From Eledone cirrhosa (Eukaryota), in contig OZ024747.1 of assembly GCA_964016885.1 (NCBI GenBank), positions 14,322,001-14,386,000 on the forward strand: a stretch of 64,000 nucleotides of DNA, written 5' to 3'. The notes beneath the pieces are model-generated. The model did not search any database. It was not told the origin of the DNA and saw only the letters and a list, made by a program, of their open reading frames with translations. The stretch's first letter is position 1. The number at the start of each line of letters is the position of its first letter. Both the position numbers and the translations under genes were made by a program. This document shows, piece after piece, positions 25,708-41,376 of this stretch.

Positions 25708-26120
25708 GGCGGTCAATTTGGCAGAATGTTTAAGGTTCGGATAGAATGCGTTGTTAGGTGGCGAATTGGCAGAGTGTTTAAGACGTTGGATAGAATGCTT
25801 TACGGCAGGCATGTCAAACTGAGGGTGCCCCGAGGACCACATGGTTCACATATGTGTTGTCTGAGAGCCACACATGACAACTAAATGCGCACATTACAAC
25901 TAATTTTTTAAATTTTATATTACGATAATAAAACATGTTCGCGCTGTAAAAATCATTGTGCGCGCCGCAGGTGTGATTGTAAAGGGCCAGGTGTTTGACA
26001 TACCTGCCTTACGGTATTTGTCCCACCTTATTGCGCGCTCTGAGTTCAAATCCCGCCGGGGTTAACTTTGCCTTTCATCTTTTCGAGGTCGATAAAAAAA
26101 GTACCAGTCCAGTACTGGGG
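25708..26120 (+). mobile_element. SINE with duplicated head, interrupted by a hAT MITE
   Basis: Two TTGGCAGA heads, B-box GAGTTCAAATCC at ~26042, family core. Confidence 0.8.
25806..26006. mobile_element. hAT-superfamily MITE, 201 bp
   Basis: TIRs CAGGCATGTCAAAC and GTTTGACATACCTG (13/14). 8-bp TSD CTTTACGG / CCTTACGG. Confidence 0.88.
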
Positions 26121-26715
26121 ACAATTCTTCCCCTATAGAAAAAAATCGGCTGTGTTCAGAACTGGAGAGGGTTGGGCTTCACCAGGTTTAAAAGTGCCCT
26201 AGTCATGTCGTATAACGGCGCCACTACGAATCCATAAAGAGTTATGGGACCTTTATTCTTTATCCTTTATAGAATGTGTTGCGATATTTATTCCAGGTCT
26301 CTATTTGCCTTCCATGCTTTAGCGATGGATAAGGCACAAGCATGGTGTTTGTGCAGACCCCGCTTCCTCCCTCGAGCTGTCACATTCTGAATGTCCAGTT
26401 GAATAAAAGACCGAGAGCGTCTTCTCGTTACTACATGGGCAGCTAAAACCTTTAGCGAAAACATAGTACATGCTATTACGTCATCCTCAATTGCAAGTGA
26501 GGGCTTGCAATATTTATGTATCTCTTGATGTGGTCGAGAGTATGGATGGATCTCGTATATATTATACCATAGTTGGGCATTGGAATTAAAGTAAGAGATG
26601 TAGGGAATTTTCTGCTTTTAGATTCAGTGTTGTATTTAGGAAATATACTTAAAAAAATATAAATTAAAAGTGGTATACAGCAGAAAAAATACAGAGGCGC
26701 ACCAAAGGCATTATT

Positions 26716-26929
26716 GTGGTGGATTGGCAGTATCGGTATTGTGTCGGACGCCATGCTTTACAGCATAGAGTTACGACCCTTTATGATCTGATTTTAAATC
26801 CCGCCGAGGTTAACTTTGCCTTTCATCCTTACGAGGTCGATAAAATAAAGTACCAGTCACGCACTGGAATCGATTAAATCAACTTTCCCCTCCCCCAAAA
26901 TTGTTGGCCTTGTGCCTAAAAAAGAAACT
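26716..26929 (+). mobile_element. tRNA-derived SINE, longer 3' variant
   Basis: Family head and core, with extra ATCGATTAAATCAACTTTCCCCTCCCCCAAAATT segment. Confidence 0.88.
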
Positions 26930-27504
26930 GTTATTATATTTCTTTACGCTTCTTTATGTTCTGAAGTAAAATCCCGGTGTGTGTGTTTATGTGTGTGTAT
27001 GTGTGTTTGCGCTGAGCAACCGAACTGTAAGGTGGTGTTATATATACAGCGTAGGAAACCGAGATTGCGCAATTGTGTATAAATATACACATTTTAAATA
27101 TGTATACATGTAAACATGCCAGAAGATACAAATTTTCCTGTAAACTGAAAAAAACTGGATAAATACTTTTTATCAGTTTTCGGAATATTTTGGTCTTCAT
27201 AAAAATTGTGTGTATATATTTAGTAATAATAAATGTGAAAATCCGAAGAGGGTCCGTTAAGAGTGAAAGCAGCGATTCTTTGATTAAACTTTAAACTGTT
27301 GTTATAATATATATATAAGTCTAACCCATGCTAGGGTCGAAGATGGACGTTAAACGATGATGATGATGATGACATATATATATATATATGATATATAAGA
27401 TATACAAAACGAATGGAAATTAATTAATTATGTGATTTTGAGGTATCTGTGAACCGAAGGCAACGCATAAACCTCATACAGAAAACGATTACAGTGAAAA
27501 CCAC

Positions 27505-27608
<104 letters not shown>

Positions 27609-27784
27609 GTACGCACGCACACAAATAGAGACTCACGCGGACACACAAATAAACACATATATAATTTTGTATCGTAGTTACCTTTCTGGAGATAAGAAGA
27701 TAGGGTTCCATAGGAGAGGTGCAAAGCTATCATGGCAGATTTTCTAATATATTTGTGCACACACACACACACACACACACACAA

Positions 27785-27829
<45 letters not shown>

Positions 27830-27936
27830 TATATATGTATATATATAAATATATGTGCGTGTGGGTGGGTGTATATATGTAAGCCCACATACACGCCAAC
27901 TCATGTACGCACGTAGAAACATATATATATATATAG

Positions 27937-28000
<64 letters not shown>

Positions 28001-28154
28001 ATTCCTTGTATTCAATTATGAATACGTTCCATCTTCACGTGCGTTCTACTTTACTTTACCATCACTCTAGAAGAAATCAATAAAGAGCATCTGCATATAT
28101 ATATATTGTTATACTTGGCAAAACCTCGCAAAACTATATATATATATATAAATA

Positions 28155-28282
<128 letters not shown>

Positions 28283-28316
28283 CGTGTGGATGTGTTTTTG
28301 TGTGTGTGTGTGTGTG

Positions 28317-28359
<43 letters not shown>

Positions 28360-28449
28360 ATATATATATATATATTGGTGTGGGTGTGCGCTTGTGTTTG
28401 TGTATGTGTGTGTACGAATATATATGTATGTATGCATTAATATATATAC

Positions 28450-28492
<43 letters not shown>

Positions 28493-28550
28493 TATGTATA
28501 TATGTAAAAACGAATATATGTATATACATATATCTGTATATATATTAATG

Positions 28551-28596
<46 letters not shown>

Positions 28597-28680
28597 CATA
28601 CATATATATATATATATATCTGTATATATATTAATGCATACATACATATATATTCGTACACACAATATATATATATATAT

Positions 28681-28723
<43 letters not shown>

Positions 28724-28726
28724 TAT

Positions 28727-28779
<53 letters not shown>

Positions 28780-29239
28780 CATATAGGCCATGTCAGCGTA
28801 GAATGAGAACTAATGTTGGAGCATTATCGTGATTCTTTCATAACACACTGTCCATAATATCGCTCCATTTTTACTGTTTTCTGTTTATTTAAGACACCAT
28901 GCTGTTTAGTTTCGTGAAATTAATCATGGAGATATTTTGTGTCCAGATAGGAGGAAACCATGCTATGGCAGCAAAAGAAAGAACTGAATCTATATCATTG
29001 TGTAGACATCTTTGCAATTAGCTGACGTGTAAACAACAAAATGTGAATCTGAAAAAGAGAGAAAGGGAATGAATAAATAAAGAAATATATGGTTAAGCAA
29101 TGTTTTAGAATTAAAACTAGAATGAAAGCTAGGAAAAGAAAAGAATGGCGTATTTGCTAGAGAACTAAGTCAAGAAAGAAACCCAACATACAATGTATGT
29201 GTATATATATGTGTCTGTATCATTGTATATATGGCTGTA

Positions 29240-29711
29240 TGATTGTATGTATATATGTCTGTATGTATGAGTGTATATATGTATGCAAGTATATATGAAG
29301 AAATGTATGTATATATGTATATATGTAGGATTGTATGTATATATGTCTGTATGTATGAGTGTATATATGTATGCAAGTATATATGAAGAAATGTATGTAT
29401 ATATGTATATATGTAGGATTGTATGTATATATGTCTGTATGTATGAGTGTATATATGTATGCAAGTATATATGAAGAAATGTATGTATATATGTATATAT
29501 GTAGGATTGTATGTATATATGTCTGTATGTATGAGTGTATATATGTATGCAAGTATATATGAAGAAATGTATGTATATATGTATATATGTAGGATTGTAT
29601 GTATATATGTCTGTATGTATGAGTGTATATATGTATGCAAGTATATATGAAGAAATGTATGTATATATGTATATATGTAGGATTGTATGTATATATGTCT
29701 GGATGTATGTA

Positions 29712-29742
<31 letters not shown>

Positions 29743-29930
29743 TTCTTTTTTTTTTCTTTTTTATTTATTTATTAATTTTTTTTTTCTCCTCGTGCAATGG
29801 CGATACTCGATAACGAGGGGGCAGCCATCATGTATGAGTGTATATATGTATGCATGTATATATGAAGAAATGTATGTATATATGTCTATATGTAGGATTG
29901 TATGTATATATGTGTGTATGTATATATGTC
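29240..29930. repeat. 88-bp minisatellite, about 5 tandem units plus one beyond an RTE-tail insert
   Basis: GCAAGTATATATGAAGAAATG recurs at 88-nt spacing. The ORF track repeats at 29271, 29359, 29447 and 29535. Confidence 0.92.
29789..29831 (+). mobile_element. RTE 3' terminus fragment
   Basis: CTCGTGCAATGGCGATACTCGATAACGAGGGGGCAGCCATCAT matches the 3' end of the RTE at 39178-39226 (-). Confidence 0.75.
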
Positions 29931-30277
29931 TGTATAATTGTATATATGTATGAATGTATGAGTGTATGTATATATGTGTAGGTATATGTGTATGTAAATA
30001 TGTATGTGTATTTGTATGTATGTATGTATGTATGTATGAATGTATATATGAATGTATATATGTATGTATGCGTGTGTTGTGTGTGTATGTATATATATAT
30101 ATGTAGGTATGTGTGAATGTATGTATCTATGTATGGAGGAATGGATGTATTATGTACGCTTGCATGTATGTAGGTGTGTGTGTATGACTATATATATATA
30201 TATATATATATATGTACGTATGCATCTGTATATATATGTATACTGTATATATATATAAATTTCTTGGGTACTCAAGG

Positions 30278-30409
<132 letters not shown>

Positions 30410-30547
30410 CCTTGGGTACCCAAGAAATTTATATATATTTATATATATATATATATATTATATATATATATTAATCAATGGAAAAATTATTTATCTTTCG
30501 CTTATTACTATTATTATATATACATATACATACATATATATATATAA

Positions 30548-30695
<148 letters not shown>

Positions 30696-32940
30696 ATATA
30701 CACGGACATAGATATGTATACATATATGTACATACACACACAGGTGAATATTAATACGCACACATACACACATACACATACACATATGCATATTTAGAAT
30801 ATGTGACTATACATGCATGTATGTCTGTGTAGATGTGTTTGTTTATGTGGTTTGGTGAGTTTCTCAAATATAATTTTGATGTCTATTCTTTTCTTACGAC
30901 CACCCTCTTTAGAAGTGGATTGCTCAAATTTCTTTGATTTCTGTTGCTGCTGTGTGAGTGTATTATCATATAGGAAAGCACTCAATCTGTAATCTATCGT
31001 AAGAGTTTGGACTATATGTGCTAGTATATACATGCTTGCGAGAACTACGTGGAAAATTTCTGTATATATATCTAAGTATTTTTAACTAATTATCTTCCTT
31101 TATGCATATCGATTGTTACGCTGTCTAAGAATTAAATTATATATATATTTGCAAAAGATAAATAAATGAATAACAAAAGTAAGGGGTAGGGTGAAGGAGG
31201 GGAATATTCTAAACTCTAGTCCAGGTGATATATCTTAGCTGTTACCCGCGAAACAGATGGCAAAAGCATTGCTTTGGAGAACAGGCCAGCGACATTTTAC
31301 GGGGCATTCTTCCTTTGGCTAACTGTACATTCAAGAACATAAACTTATCAGGGTAGTGTGAGAGAGATGAAGGCGATGACGGTGGGAGTTCGGCTCTTCC
31401 GTGTTCGGTTAAATTTGTTGGGAGGTTTCTTGGGTTTTTTAATTGTTCTTAATTGTGACATATTGTCCCAATTTTTCCTATGAATTAGGCCTGCTAGGTA
31501 TATATGGACTGTTCTTATGTTATTTCCAGAACAATGAGAATATGTAGCATGCGGTGTAGAGTAAATATTTTTTATGTATAATAGACACGCTTACAATACA
31601 ATACGTACCAACATCACAGAGGGAAACTAAAACTAGTAGATAAAAAAAGTAATCCAAGGACAGCAAAAAACTTATAATAGTATTATAGTTAGAAGATTTC
31701 CAGAATACACAGGAATCCTATTTGGCTAATAAAAAGGAATAAATATATTAGTGTATGAAACAATTCATTAAATCTATTATGGAAATTTTTATTATGCCCC
31801 AAACTCTCTAGAAGAAACCACAACGGACTACACACAAAAGCAGATCTATATCATTATAGAATACATACAGTTAGTGGGTTGGTAGAGTCGTGAGAGCGTC
31901 GGGCTAATGCTTAGCAATATTTGTTCTAGTTCTTTACCTTCTGAGTTTAAATCTCGCAGGGGTCAGCTTTGCCATTTCATCTTTCTGAGGTCGATAAAAT
32001 AAAATAGCAGTCAAGTTTTGCAGACTTTTCCCAAAAACTGTTGGCCTTGTAATTAGAATTCATTATAGGATGAACACAGGCTACTCGCCCAAAACCATCA
32101 ATTGTATTAAATTATGGATACATCAGATAATGGAGTCCTAGATATATAATGAGAAGGGATGGTCAAGATTGAAATCCCTTTGTTCATAATTTCATTCAAC
32201 CAGAGCTGGCTTTCACTGGGCATCAACAACACAAAGCAATCCAAACAACGAAAGAAATATATTCAAAAGAATCTAGATATCCGAGAAGTACAATAGTAAT
32301 TAGAGTTGCTAAAAAAGTAGCTTCCAGGTTACTTAATCACTTGCATTAAATTCACAATATCCATCAGTCTAAAGAGACCCCTAGAAATACATCCCCTAAA
32401 AATAGCTGCAATATCAATGACTTTATTAGCATAAAATTTCGTACTAGGATGCGTCTATCGACAATAAGTGAAGTAAAACGGCAGCTGTTACACCCTTTTC
32501 TTTTTAGCTAAAGAAATAGGCGTACATAAATAGATAATGCAGCAGAGAGGGTGAAACATGTCCAGACAGTTACATCGCTGCACCCTATGCAATTAGCCAT
32601 TATATGTCGGAATGTGCAGCATGGTTATCAGTTAGGCGGAGGGTTATTGTATATATGGAACAATAGATCTGTGGTTCTTCTTTAGTCAGTTGATACGCTG
32701 ACCTGCGGCTACACAATAACAACAATATAGTATTGTAGTCTTCATCATCACCGTTACCCCCGCCATCCTCCATCAACACCACTGTTAACGACGCCGCCGC
32801 CGCCGCCACCACGAAACCACCAGCAATACCACCGTCGCCGCCGCCACCACGAAACCACCAGCAATACCACTACCGCCTCCACCCGTTATCGCCACCGCCA
32901 CGACAAAAACACCAATAACACCACCACCACCACCACCACC

Positions 32941-32972
<32 letters not shown>

Positions 32973-33301
32973 GAACAATTATGCAGCCAGCAACAGCACC
33001 AACATCATCACTATCAACATCCTCATCATAATCATCATCATCATCATCATCACCACCATCATCATCAACATCATCATCATCATCATCATCATCATCGTCA
33101 TCATCACTTCCATAACCACCACCAACAACAACAACACTACCATCACTACAATGATGGAATCCATACAATGGTTAACAACAACAACACCAACAACAACAAC
33201 AATAAAAACAACAACAACAACAATAGCAACGACAACAATAAAAAAAACCTTGTCATATATATATCAGTTAAAAGAAACACATAATTTTTGTAAATATTAT
33301 A

Positions 33302-33484
33302 CGGTGAATTGGCTGTGTCGGTAGAGGGTTGGACGCCATGCTTTCTAGCATAGTTACGTCCCTTTACAGTCTGAGTTCAAATCCCGCCGAGGTTAACTTT
33401 GCCTTTCATCCTTACGGGGTCGATAAAATAAAGTACCAGTAATGTACTGGGTAATTGCTGGCCTTGTGCCTAAAGTAGAAACAA
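33302..33484 (+). mobile_element. tRNA-derived SINE
   Basis: Full family match. Confidence 0.9.
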
Positions 33485-33684
33485 TTATATTACTTGCTAA
33501 GAGAAAGAAACTGATGAAATGTCGGGTGTCGTAATAAATAGCTGGAGGACATAGGCGTGTTGTCACTACTCTACAATTAATTATCGTCTCACATCCGTGA
33601 TTACCAACTGAAAACTGTTCCATTCTTTTCTACGCTTTCTCTTTAATCAGAGCCTTTATGCACAAGCACGATCTATAACGACAT

Positions 33685-33715
<31 letters not shown>

Positions 33716-33792
33716 CACACATGCACCCACACATACACATATATATATATATATATACACACACACGCGTACACACGCACATACACATACAT

Positions 33793-33837
<45 letters not shown>

Positions 33838-33986
33838 TGCATACACACACACACGTACACACGCACATACACACATACATATACATATACACACACATGC
33901 ACACATATATATATATACACACATGCACACACACACATATATATATATACACACACACACGCGTACACACGCACATACACACACAT

Positions 33987-34033
<47 letters not shown>

Positions 34034-34484
34034 TGCATACACACACACACACACGTACACACGCACATACACACATACATATACATATACACACACATGC
34101 ATACACACACACACACACGTACACACGCACATACACACATACATATACATATACACACACATGCACACACACACACACATACACACGCACGTGCACACAC
34201 AAACAGGCGCACGAACACAGACTCACATATGCACACACACATATATAAGCAGTTGTGAATATTACTCTCCATTGACAGTTTTGTTTCTCATCTATCTAGA
34301 CTCTAGACTATATTTTAACCTGTAATCCATGTTTCATTTCTGTTGCACCTCATTGCTCCCCCACCTCTCTCATATCACGTGCTACCGTCTTTAAAATAAC
34401 CGACAGTTGGCAATGTCGCCAGGTGTACAGTGCGAAAGAATTAAATGACGTCATGGATGGAAACTGTCTGATGATAAGTTTGAA

Positions 34485-35027
34485 AAAGATGATTATCATT
34501 TTTTTCGATAGCCGTGGTATTCATTTCAAAGTATGTTTACCTTCAGGACAGAGAGTTAATCACACCTTTTACACAGGTGACTAGGGACGACTTCGAAAAC
34601 GGGTCGAGCGAGTCCGAAAGGACACTGTAGGAGATTGGGTACTGCAACACGATAACGCGCATGCTCACACAGTAATTTCAATCAGAGGATTTCTGTGGAA
34701 GAGAAAACATTCCTACTCCTTCACATCCACCTTATAGCTTTGATCTAATGACGTGTGATTTCTATCTCCTCTTTTAAAAGTTGAAATCGAAGGTGAAGGG
34801 TCATCATATAGGGACTGTGGAAAACATAGAAAAAAATAGTAACCGACGAGTTAATGATACTCACAGAAAATGAACTTCTGATACTGCCACTATCAATGAA
34901 AAATGGTGAAACGACTGTGTGACTTGCCAGGGGTTGTATTTTGAAGGAAATAACTTGTAATTTCATGTACGTCTAATATACATTTAAATAAAATATCAGT
35001 AACCTTTCTTCTGAGACAAACTTCATA
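34485..35027 (+). pseudogene. Degenerate mariner transposase, C-terminal catalytic domain and right end
   Basis: KMIIIFFDSRGI, P.GQRVN..FY, RLRKRV.RVR, WVLQHDNA.AH, HPPYS.DL..CDFYL, G.YFEG. Contains stops and frameshifts. Confidence 0.85.
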
Positions 35028-35607
35028 TGTACACACACCGACACACACACCGACACACACACACACATATATATACACACACGCATATATACACAGATAC
35101 ACACGCGCGCACACACGCATACATATATATATACATACAAATTAATTTGGGAAACGCAAATAAGATAAACGAAAAATATAAATAAGTTCAATTATATATT
35201 ATATATATATATATATGTGTGTGTGTATCTGTATGTGTGTGAGTGTGTGCATACGCGTATGTGTATGTATGTGTGAGTGCATGTGTGTGTGTATGTGGGT
35301 GACTATGTATGTGTGTATGTGTGTGTGTATTAAAAAAAATCGCTCAAAAATATCATAAATAAACGAAATAATGGCGTCGAAAGAAATTGAAACGAGAAAC
35401 AATTTCGCTATTTCTTTGATATTTATATTTTTCTCTTATTTTCTTTTGTTTTCAATAATAAGGGAGATAGCAAGCTAAGTTAAGAAAACAACAATAATAA
35501 TATATATAAATATAGATAAATAAAACAAATAAAACAGACGCATTTTCCTCTGTACTCAATATAAATAACAAAATATGTATAAGCATGTTTATATGCATAC
35601 ATACATA

Positions 35608-35737
<130 letters not shown>

Positions 35738-36184
35738 CGTGTATGTATGTATATATACATATACACATAGAGAACGAGAGAAAGAGAGAAAGCTAGATAG
35801 AGAAAGAAAGAGAGAAAGACAGAGACAGCTATTTATAAAACAATACAACTGCTATCAGAAAACGATGGAAAGAAATGAAGAAATCAATGTCTGACAGACA
35901 GAATAAAGGATAGAGGCAAAGTATGAAATATAATGGAATGAATCGTTAAGGTCGTTTAGGGCAGAAAGGAACAGGAAATTGCTTGACATTATGCGGTAAA
36001 ATCTTTTGTTTTTCTTTTTCATTTTCTTTAGATATTTTGGGAGTTTTTTTCGCTATAGTTTGGTTTTCCTTTTGTTTCACTTTTATTCTTGTTTTTTTAT
36101 ATTATTTTTTAATGTCTTTTATAATAATTGTTTCCACTTTTGGCACAAGGTCAGCAATTTCAAATGAAAAGGCAAGTCAATTAA

Positions 36185-36406
36185 CTCTTTAGCATTCACA
36201 TTACTCTATATATATACTATTATATTTTCGTGGTAAAGGCTTTATTTCTCATAATTATCTCATATAATATCGAATCTATGATATTTTTATGTTATTTATT
36301 TTGAGAAGAATACCTTAACATCAATATAAGTGGCGTGTTACAGCTGGTTTGAACAGAAATGGTGAGAGAATTCTTGCCGGATACAGCCAGTTTAAATGCT
36401 AAAGGG
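36185..36406. mobile_element. piggyBac-like MITE nested in a minus-strand SINE (~36129-36445)
   Basis: TTAA at 36181-36184 and 36407-36410. TIRs CTCTTTAGCATT and AATGCTAAAGGG. The SINE sequence rejoins across the insert. Confidence 0.8.
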
Positions 36407-36946
36407 TTAAATCGACCTCAGTTCGTAACTGGTATATTATTTTATATATGATGATTATATATAATAATTATATTCATAATTAATATTAAAATCATTAATT
36501 TACTATTATTATGTTTTTACGTAAATTTTGTTGCTGTTTTATTATGTAAGTGTTTTGTCATGTTTTATAGTTAAACGGTTTGTTTTGATTGCTTGCTTAA
36601 CAAATAAGTATTGTATTTTCTTTATCAAAAGTTCGATTATTCGTTTTGAATATTTAGTTGATTAATTAATTGATTGTTTTACAAATATCTTTAGCTATCA
36701 AACGTTAGAGGAAATAAGGTCTGTTCGTAATAACGAAAAAATAAACAAAATAAATAATAGACGAATAGACAGACAGGGAGAAGGAGAGAGGAAGACATTG
36801 GGAAACGGGGAAGGTGAGAGGGTGAATGTGAGAGGGTGAGAAAGAGGGAGAGAATAGGAGGAAGGAAAATGACAATATAAATAGATAAAAAACAAATCGC
36901 TGGGAAATATCGAACAGTTGTAAAGAAAATCTTATCAAGATCATTG

Positions 36947-37061
<115 letters not shown>

Positions 37062-37599
37062 TCGTATTGACTCTTTCGTTCTCTGATTTTATTATTACTC
37101 TTTTCTCACTTTTCTATCACTGTCTCTCCCTCAAATGTCTTTAGCACTCAACAACTCACAGATATTTATAATTACACTTCTATAGATTATTCTATTGAAA
37201 CACTTAGAGGTTTCTACAATTTCCTATACAAACGGATGCTAAGAAGAGTAGAAGGCTTCCATTTACTTTTTTCTCCGGTTTTTGTCGAGAATATTTGAAA
37301 ACAATAAGCATTAGGTGTTTATTTGTCTCTGGAGGCGAGACAAATACACACTCGTCAAGACACATATACACATACACAAATATAAGCGTACATATCCAGA
37401 CGCACACAAAACACACATACATCTACAAACATACACAAGCAAAAGCACCCCCCCCCCCACACACACACATTCACACTCACACACTCACACACACACACAC
37501 TTACATGTAAGGATTTGTGAGCGAAGATGTTTACATATGTGGAAAAAAGACTGATATTTTATTAGAAGTTGAACAATCGGAAATGTGATACTTAGAGTT

Positions 37600-38100
37600 A
37601 GGCTTCAGTTAAAAAATATTCTTGGAATGATGAATTATCATTATTTATTAACTGATTTCTTGGGACTAGTGTCTTCATTTTGGTCGTTATAATCAGTTTC
37701 AGCTAGTACAATTTAATCTTCTTTACGCGTCTCTCATATTTGAGGAGCTGTCTAATAATTTCGAGCTGAATCCTTTATTCCAACCGGACTGAGATGGTCT
37801 CCTCATTTATAGTCGCGATAGCCTCTTGTATCAGAAGACATCGCGAAGAATAGGCCTTCTTTTGAATACTGTTCTGATGTATGAATCACATAACTTCTGA
37901 GATTTTTCTGACATGCCTCTAAGTTAAGCTACATAGAGTGAAGCAGATATTTGACTAAAATTATCAGCTCTTATTTCTTTGCTGTGCCTTTCGATTGGCT
38001 GTTGCGCTAAATAGACGTTCTAATTCTGATCAGTCCTTGATAAGAAGAGTCCATGCAACATAAAATGTTATCATATGAACCACATAATTATAAACTATCA
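37600..38100 (-). pseudogene. Heavily decayed CR1/L2-like RT fragment, tentative
   Basis: Only faint peptide resemblance (GIK.....L..S.L-like), many stops. Confidence 0.3.
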
Positions 38101-38510
38101 AATATACCCTAATGAAATGATTAATTCAGGCTACAGTCTGATGGTAATTAAATTAAAAATCAAACTGAAAAAAAAATGATAACGGCTAAAAGACAAGAAC
38201 AATCAGACTTGCTATGACAGATTGAAAGGAAACAAAAATACACGAGGTATATAACAAGTAAGAATATTTACACAATGAAGGCGAAACCATATGACAAAGA
38301 ACAAGAAGAAGAAAAGTGGAATACAATTAAATCAATGCAAACAGCACTAAACAAAACATTGTATGAAAAGGAAAAGGAATGTTATAGTGTGTTTCTTTAA
38401 ACTTATTCCTATACAAAGAGCTTCGACGATTTTCAAAAGTCAACCAATAACAGACATAGAGCAATTATATACATACACAAATACTCGCAAGCACACATGT
38501 ATGCACATAC

Positions 38511-38855
38511 ATGATGGCTGCCCCCTCGTTATCAAGTATGGCCATTGCACGATATACCATTATTAATAATTAATTAATGCTATCGTGCAATGCCTGTGCG
38601 TGAAGATATTTTTTAAAGTGAGGAAAGACTGTGCACTGAGCCAATCCCACTCTCTGAGCGACAGTAGCTATAACCCGAAAAGAAGAAAAGATCAACATCA
38701 TCGGTAACTATTGAGCCGCAGGTTTTATATCGGAGTTATCCCAGTTTCCTGAGTTGCCTTCTCCTAGAAGAATGCTCAGACAAAGGCTAGGGGGTTCTTC
38801 ACTCCCATTGGTTTAACCGTGCGATCGGGTGTCCAGCCAGACTATTTCTATGTCT
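38511..38855 (-). mobile_element. Short non-autonomous RTE-related element (RTE-like 5' leader plus RTE 3' tail)
   Basis: 3' tail 38511-38552 matches the RTE terminus. Contains CTAGGAGAAGGCAACTC..ATAAAACC, reminiscent of RTE 5' UTRs. CATA repeats on both sides. Confidence 0.55.
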
Positions 38856-39177
38856 CCGCACACATACATACACATGCAGCCATGTATATACACATATACA
38901 TATACATACATATTTACATGTGTATATACATATTTACACACTTTTGGATAGCCGCCGACTCTTATCAGTTCTTCCGCCCTTTGTCAGGTTTTGTTTTTTG
39001 TCCTGCAGGGTGTCCATAATCACCCTCCTCACCAAGTAAACATAGTGGGGTTGCCGGTTTAGTCGCCGGCAACCCGACCATGCGACAGGTTGTAATTACA
39101 TACATGCATATAGACATACATACATATATATACATACATATATGCATACATAAATACATACATAAATACATACATAC

Positions 39178-40328
39178 ATGATGATGATAGCTGCACCCTC
39201 GTTATCGAGTATGGCCATTGCACGAGAAAAAAAAACAAAAAAAAAACAAAAAAAACCCATAATAATAACAATAATAATAACAACAATAACAACAATAATA
39301 ATAACGACAACAACAATAATAATATACATATATATATATATACACACACACACACGCACACACATAAACATATCTATACACACACATACACGATAGCAAT
39401 TAACAGCGCTGCGATCGAATGTGGCTTTTTAGCCCAGCCAATGATCTAAAATGTCTTGCACAGAGTCGGTAACCAAAACATTCACTGGGAATAGTCGGCT
39501 GTGGTTGGAGTTCATGTAATTGTGCATGTCGTTTGAGCCCTCCTGCTGATTTACATTCTCTACCACATGCTTGGCAAGCATGATGAATAACATCTCCAAC
39601 AGCAGCCTGGTAGTCAACCACTGGTCTTACTTTATGACTGCGAAGATGACTTTCGATTCCAGCTTTGCTTAGGCAGAGTCTCGCACAGACGCTATGGGAG
39701 CACCATAGGGGGACCTTCGCCGTCTGGAAGTGCAACAGCAATGCCCTTCCTCACATCTCGCTTTACTTTCTCGTATGCGATTCGAGATGCCTCAAAGGCA
39801 ACTTTTCCCTCATATACAGTCTTTCTCCATTTATTACGATCAGCAGCAACATTTTCCCATGTATCAGCAGAAATGTTAGCGTCTTTCAAAGAGGCTTTCA
39901 AGGGGAATCCTTATACCTCTTTTTTGGTTTATGTGGCGGTCGTTTTCCTTTAACTAACTTTCCACAAAAGAGTTGTTTTGGTATTCTAGAATCCTTCATC
40001 CTGGCAAGGTGACCACTCCAACGGAGATGTAGCTTAAGCACAAGAGCTTCTATACTGTCACACATAGAGCTTTCCAAAATCTCGACATCACTGATGTGGT
40101 CCCTCCAGTGAACGCCATGGATCCGTCTGAGACACATCTGATGGAAACGCTCCAATTGCTTAAGGTGGTGTCGACATGTGACCCAGGTCTCGCAGGCATA
40201 AAGAAGAGAAGAGAGCACACAGGCCTTGTACACATTTACCTTTGTCTTCTTGCATATGTCTCGCCGACCCCAGCGTCGCCTTTCTAGCTTTCCGAAAGCA
40301 TCACTTGCTTTCCTAATCCTGAGTGGGA
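39178..40328 (-). mobile_element. 5'-truncated RTE-clade LINE with C-terminal C2H2 zinc fingers, microsatellite-containing 3' UTR and (CAT)n tail
   Basis: RIRKAS.AFGKL..R.W, TKVNVYKACVLSSLLYACETW, LERFHQ.CLRRI, LRW.GHLARM.D.RIPKQL. C..C.R.C.S..GL..H...H motifs. Flanked by (CATA)n. Confidence 0.92.
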
Positions 40329-40599
40329 TACATACATACATACATACATACATACATACATACATACATGCATATACATACATGCATATATACATACATA
40401 CATGCATATATACATACATACTTGCATACAAAAGAATGCTCCCTACATTTGGGAAACTAATGTTTGTCTGTATTCCTTAACAATGACCCTTAAAGATTAC
40501 TCTTAAAGGCTATAAATGTTAACACAAACAAAATAACATAAACATTCCATCGTGTATTTCCAAAAAATGTACCAGTCATGTGACAATACTTATCACATC

Positions 40600-41000
40600 T
40601 AAACAAAAATAAAACAACTACACTCCTCACCGACAAAGAGTGAAAAATTAAATAGAAAAATTAAATAGAAATGATGTTTGTAAAAACAGAACTCTTATAT
40701 ACAAGTTGATTATCCTCAAACAAGAATTGAGAGCTGTCATTAAGAAACATCTCTAGAGTGGCTGAAAAAAAAAGAATTAATAAAAGATTCAGTTGAAACC
40801 AAACATCAGTCTATAGAGATATGAGTGGCAAACCAATATATGTCAATGAGGCTTCGTCTCAGAAAGATATGGATTCTTTCTGGGGAATAATATGGGGTAA
40901 GGAAAAGAAGTTCAACTAGAATGCAGTATCATTGAAAGAAATCCGAAGGAACTATTGTCTCTGATTACACCAAAATTCCGCAGCATCAATGGTGATACCC
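40600..41000 (+). pseudogene. Decayed R4/Dong pre-RT fragment
   Basis: SVYRDMSGKPI...FWGIIWGKEKKFN*NA..LKEI resembles the R4/Dong region upstream of the RT. Confidence 0.5.
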
Positions 41001-41164
41001 AGTGATAGGAAAGTTTCAGGATAAGAAAGCTGATTCTTGATCCCATGCAATCGAGAATAAGCTTGCAGGAGTTTTAACGAAGAACAATCTAACCTTAAAA
41101 CAAATGTTTTGATAATCCAAAACATCAATTTTTAACATCAACTTTTATACATGTTATAAAGATC

Positions 41165-41223
<59 letters not shown>

Positions 41224-41327
41224 AGGTGCGCTTTTCAAACCCTTTTTAAAAATCAATTTCCTTATACCATGTGATCTCGATAGAACGTTTCTAACGTCCA
41301 CAATTTTTTCTCTATACATATATATAT

Positions 41328-41376
<49 letters not shown>

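Noticed and set aside
30880-30990. Possible minus-strand host exon (RLSAFLYDNTLTQQQQKSKK...)
   Set aside because: Weak acceptor without a pyrimidine tract, no recognisable domain, no partner exons.
38720-38845. HDV-like ribozyme in the RTE-like leader
   Set aside because: A P1-like pairing exists (GGCUGG/CUAGCC), but P3, L3 and P1.1 could not be built by eye. Needs a descriptor search.
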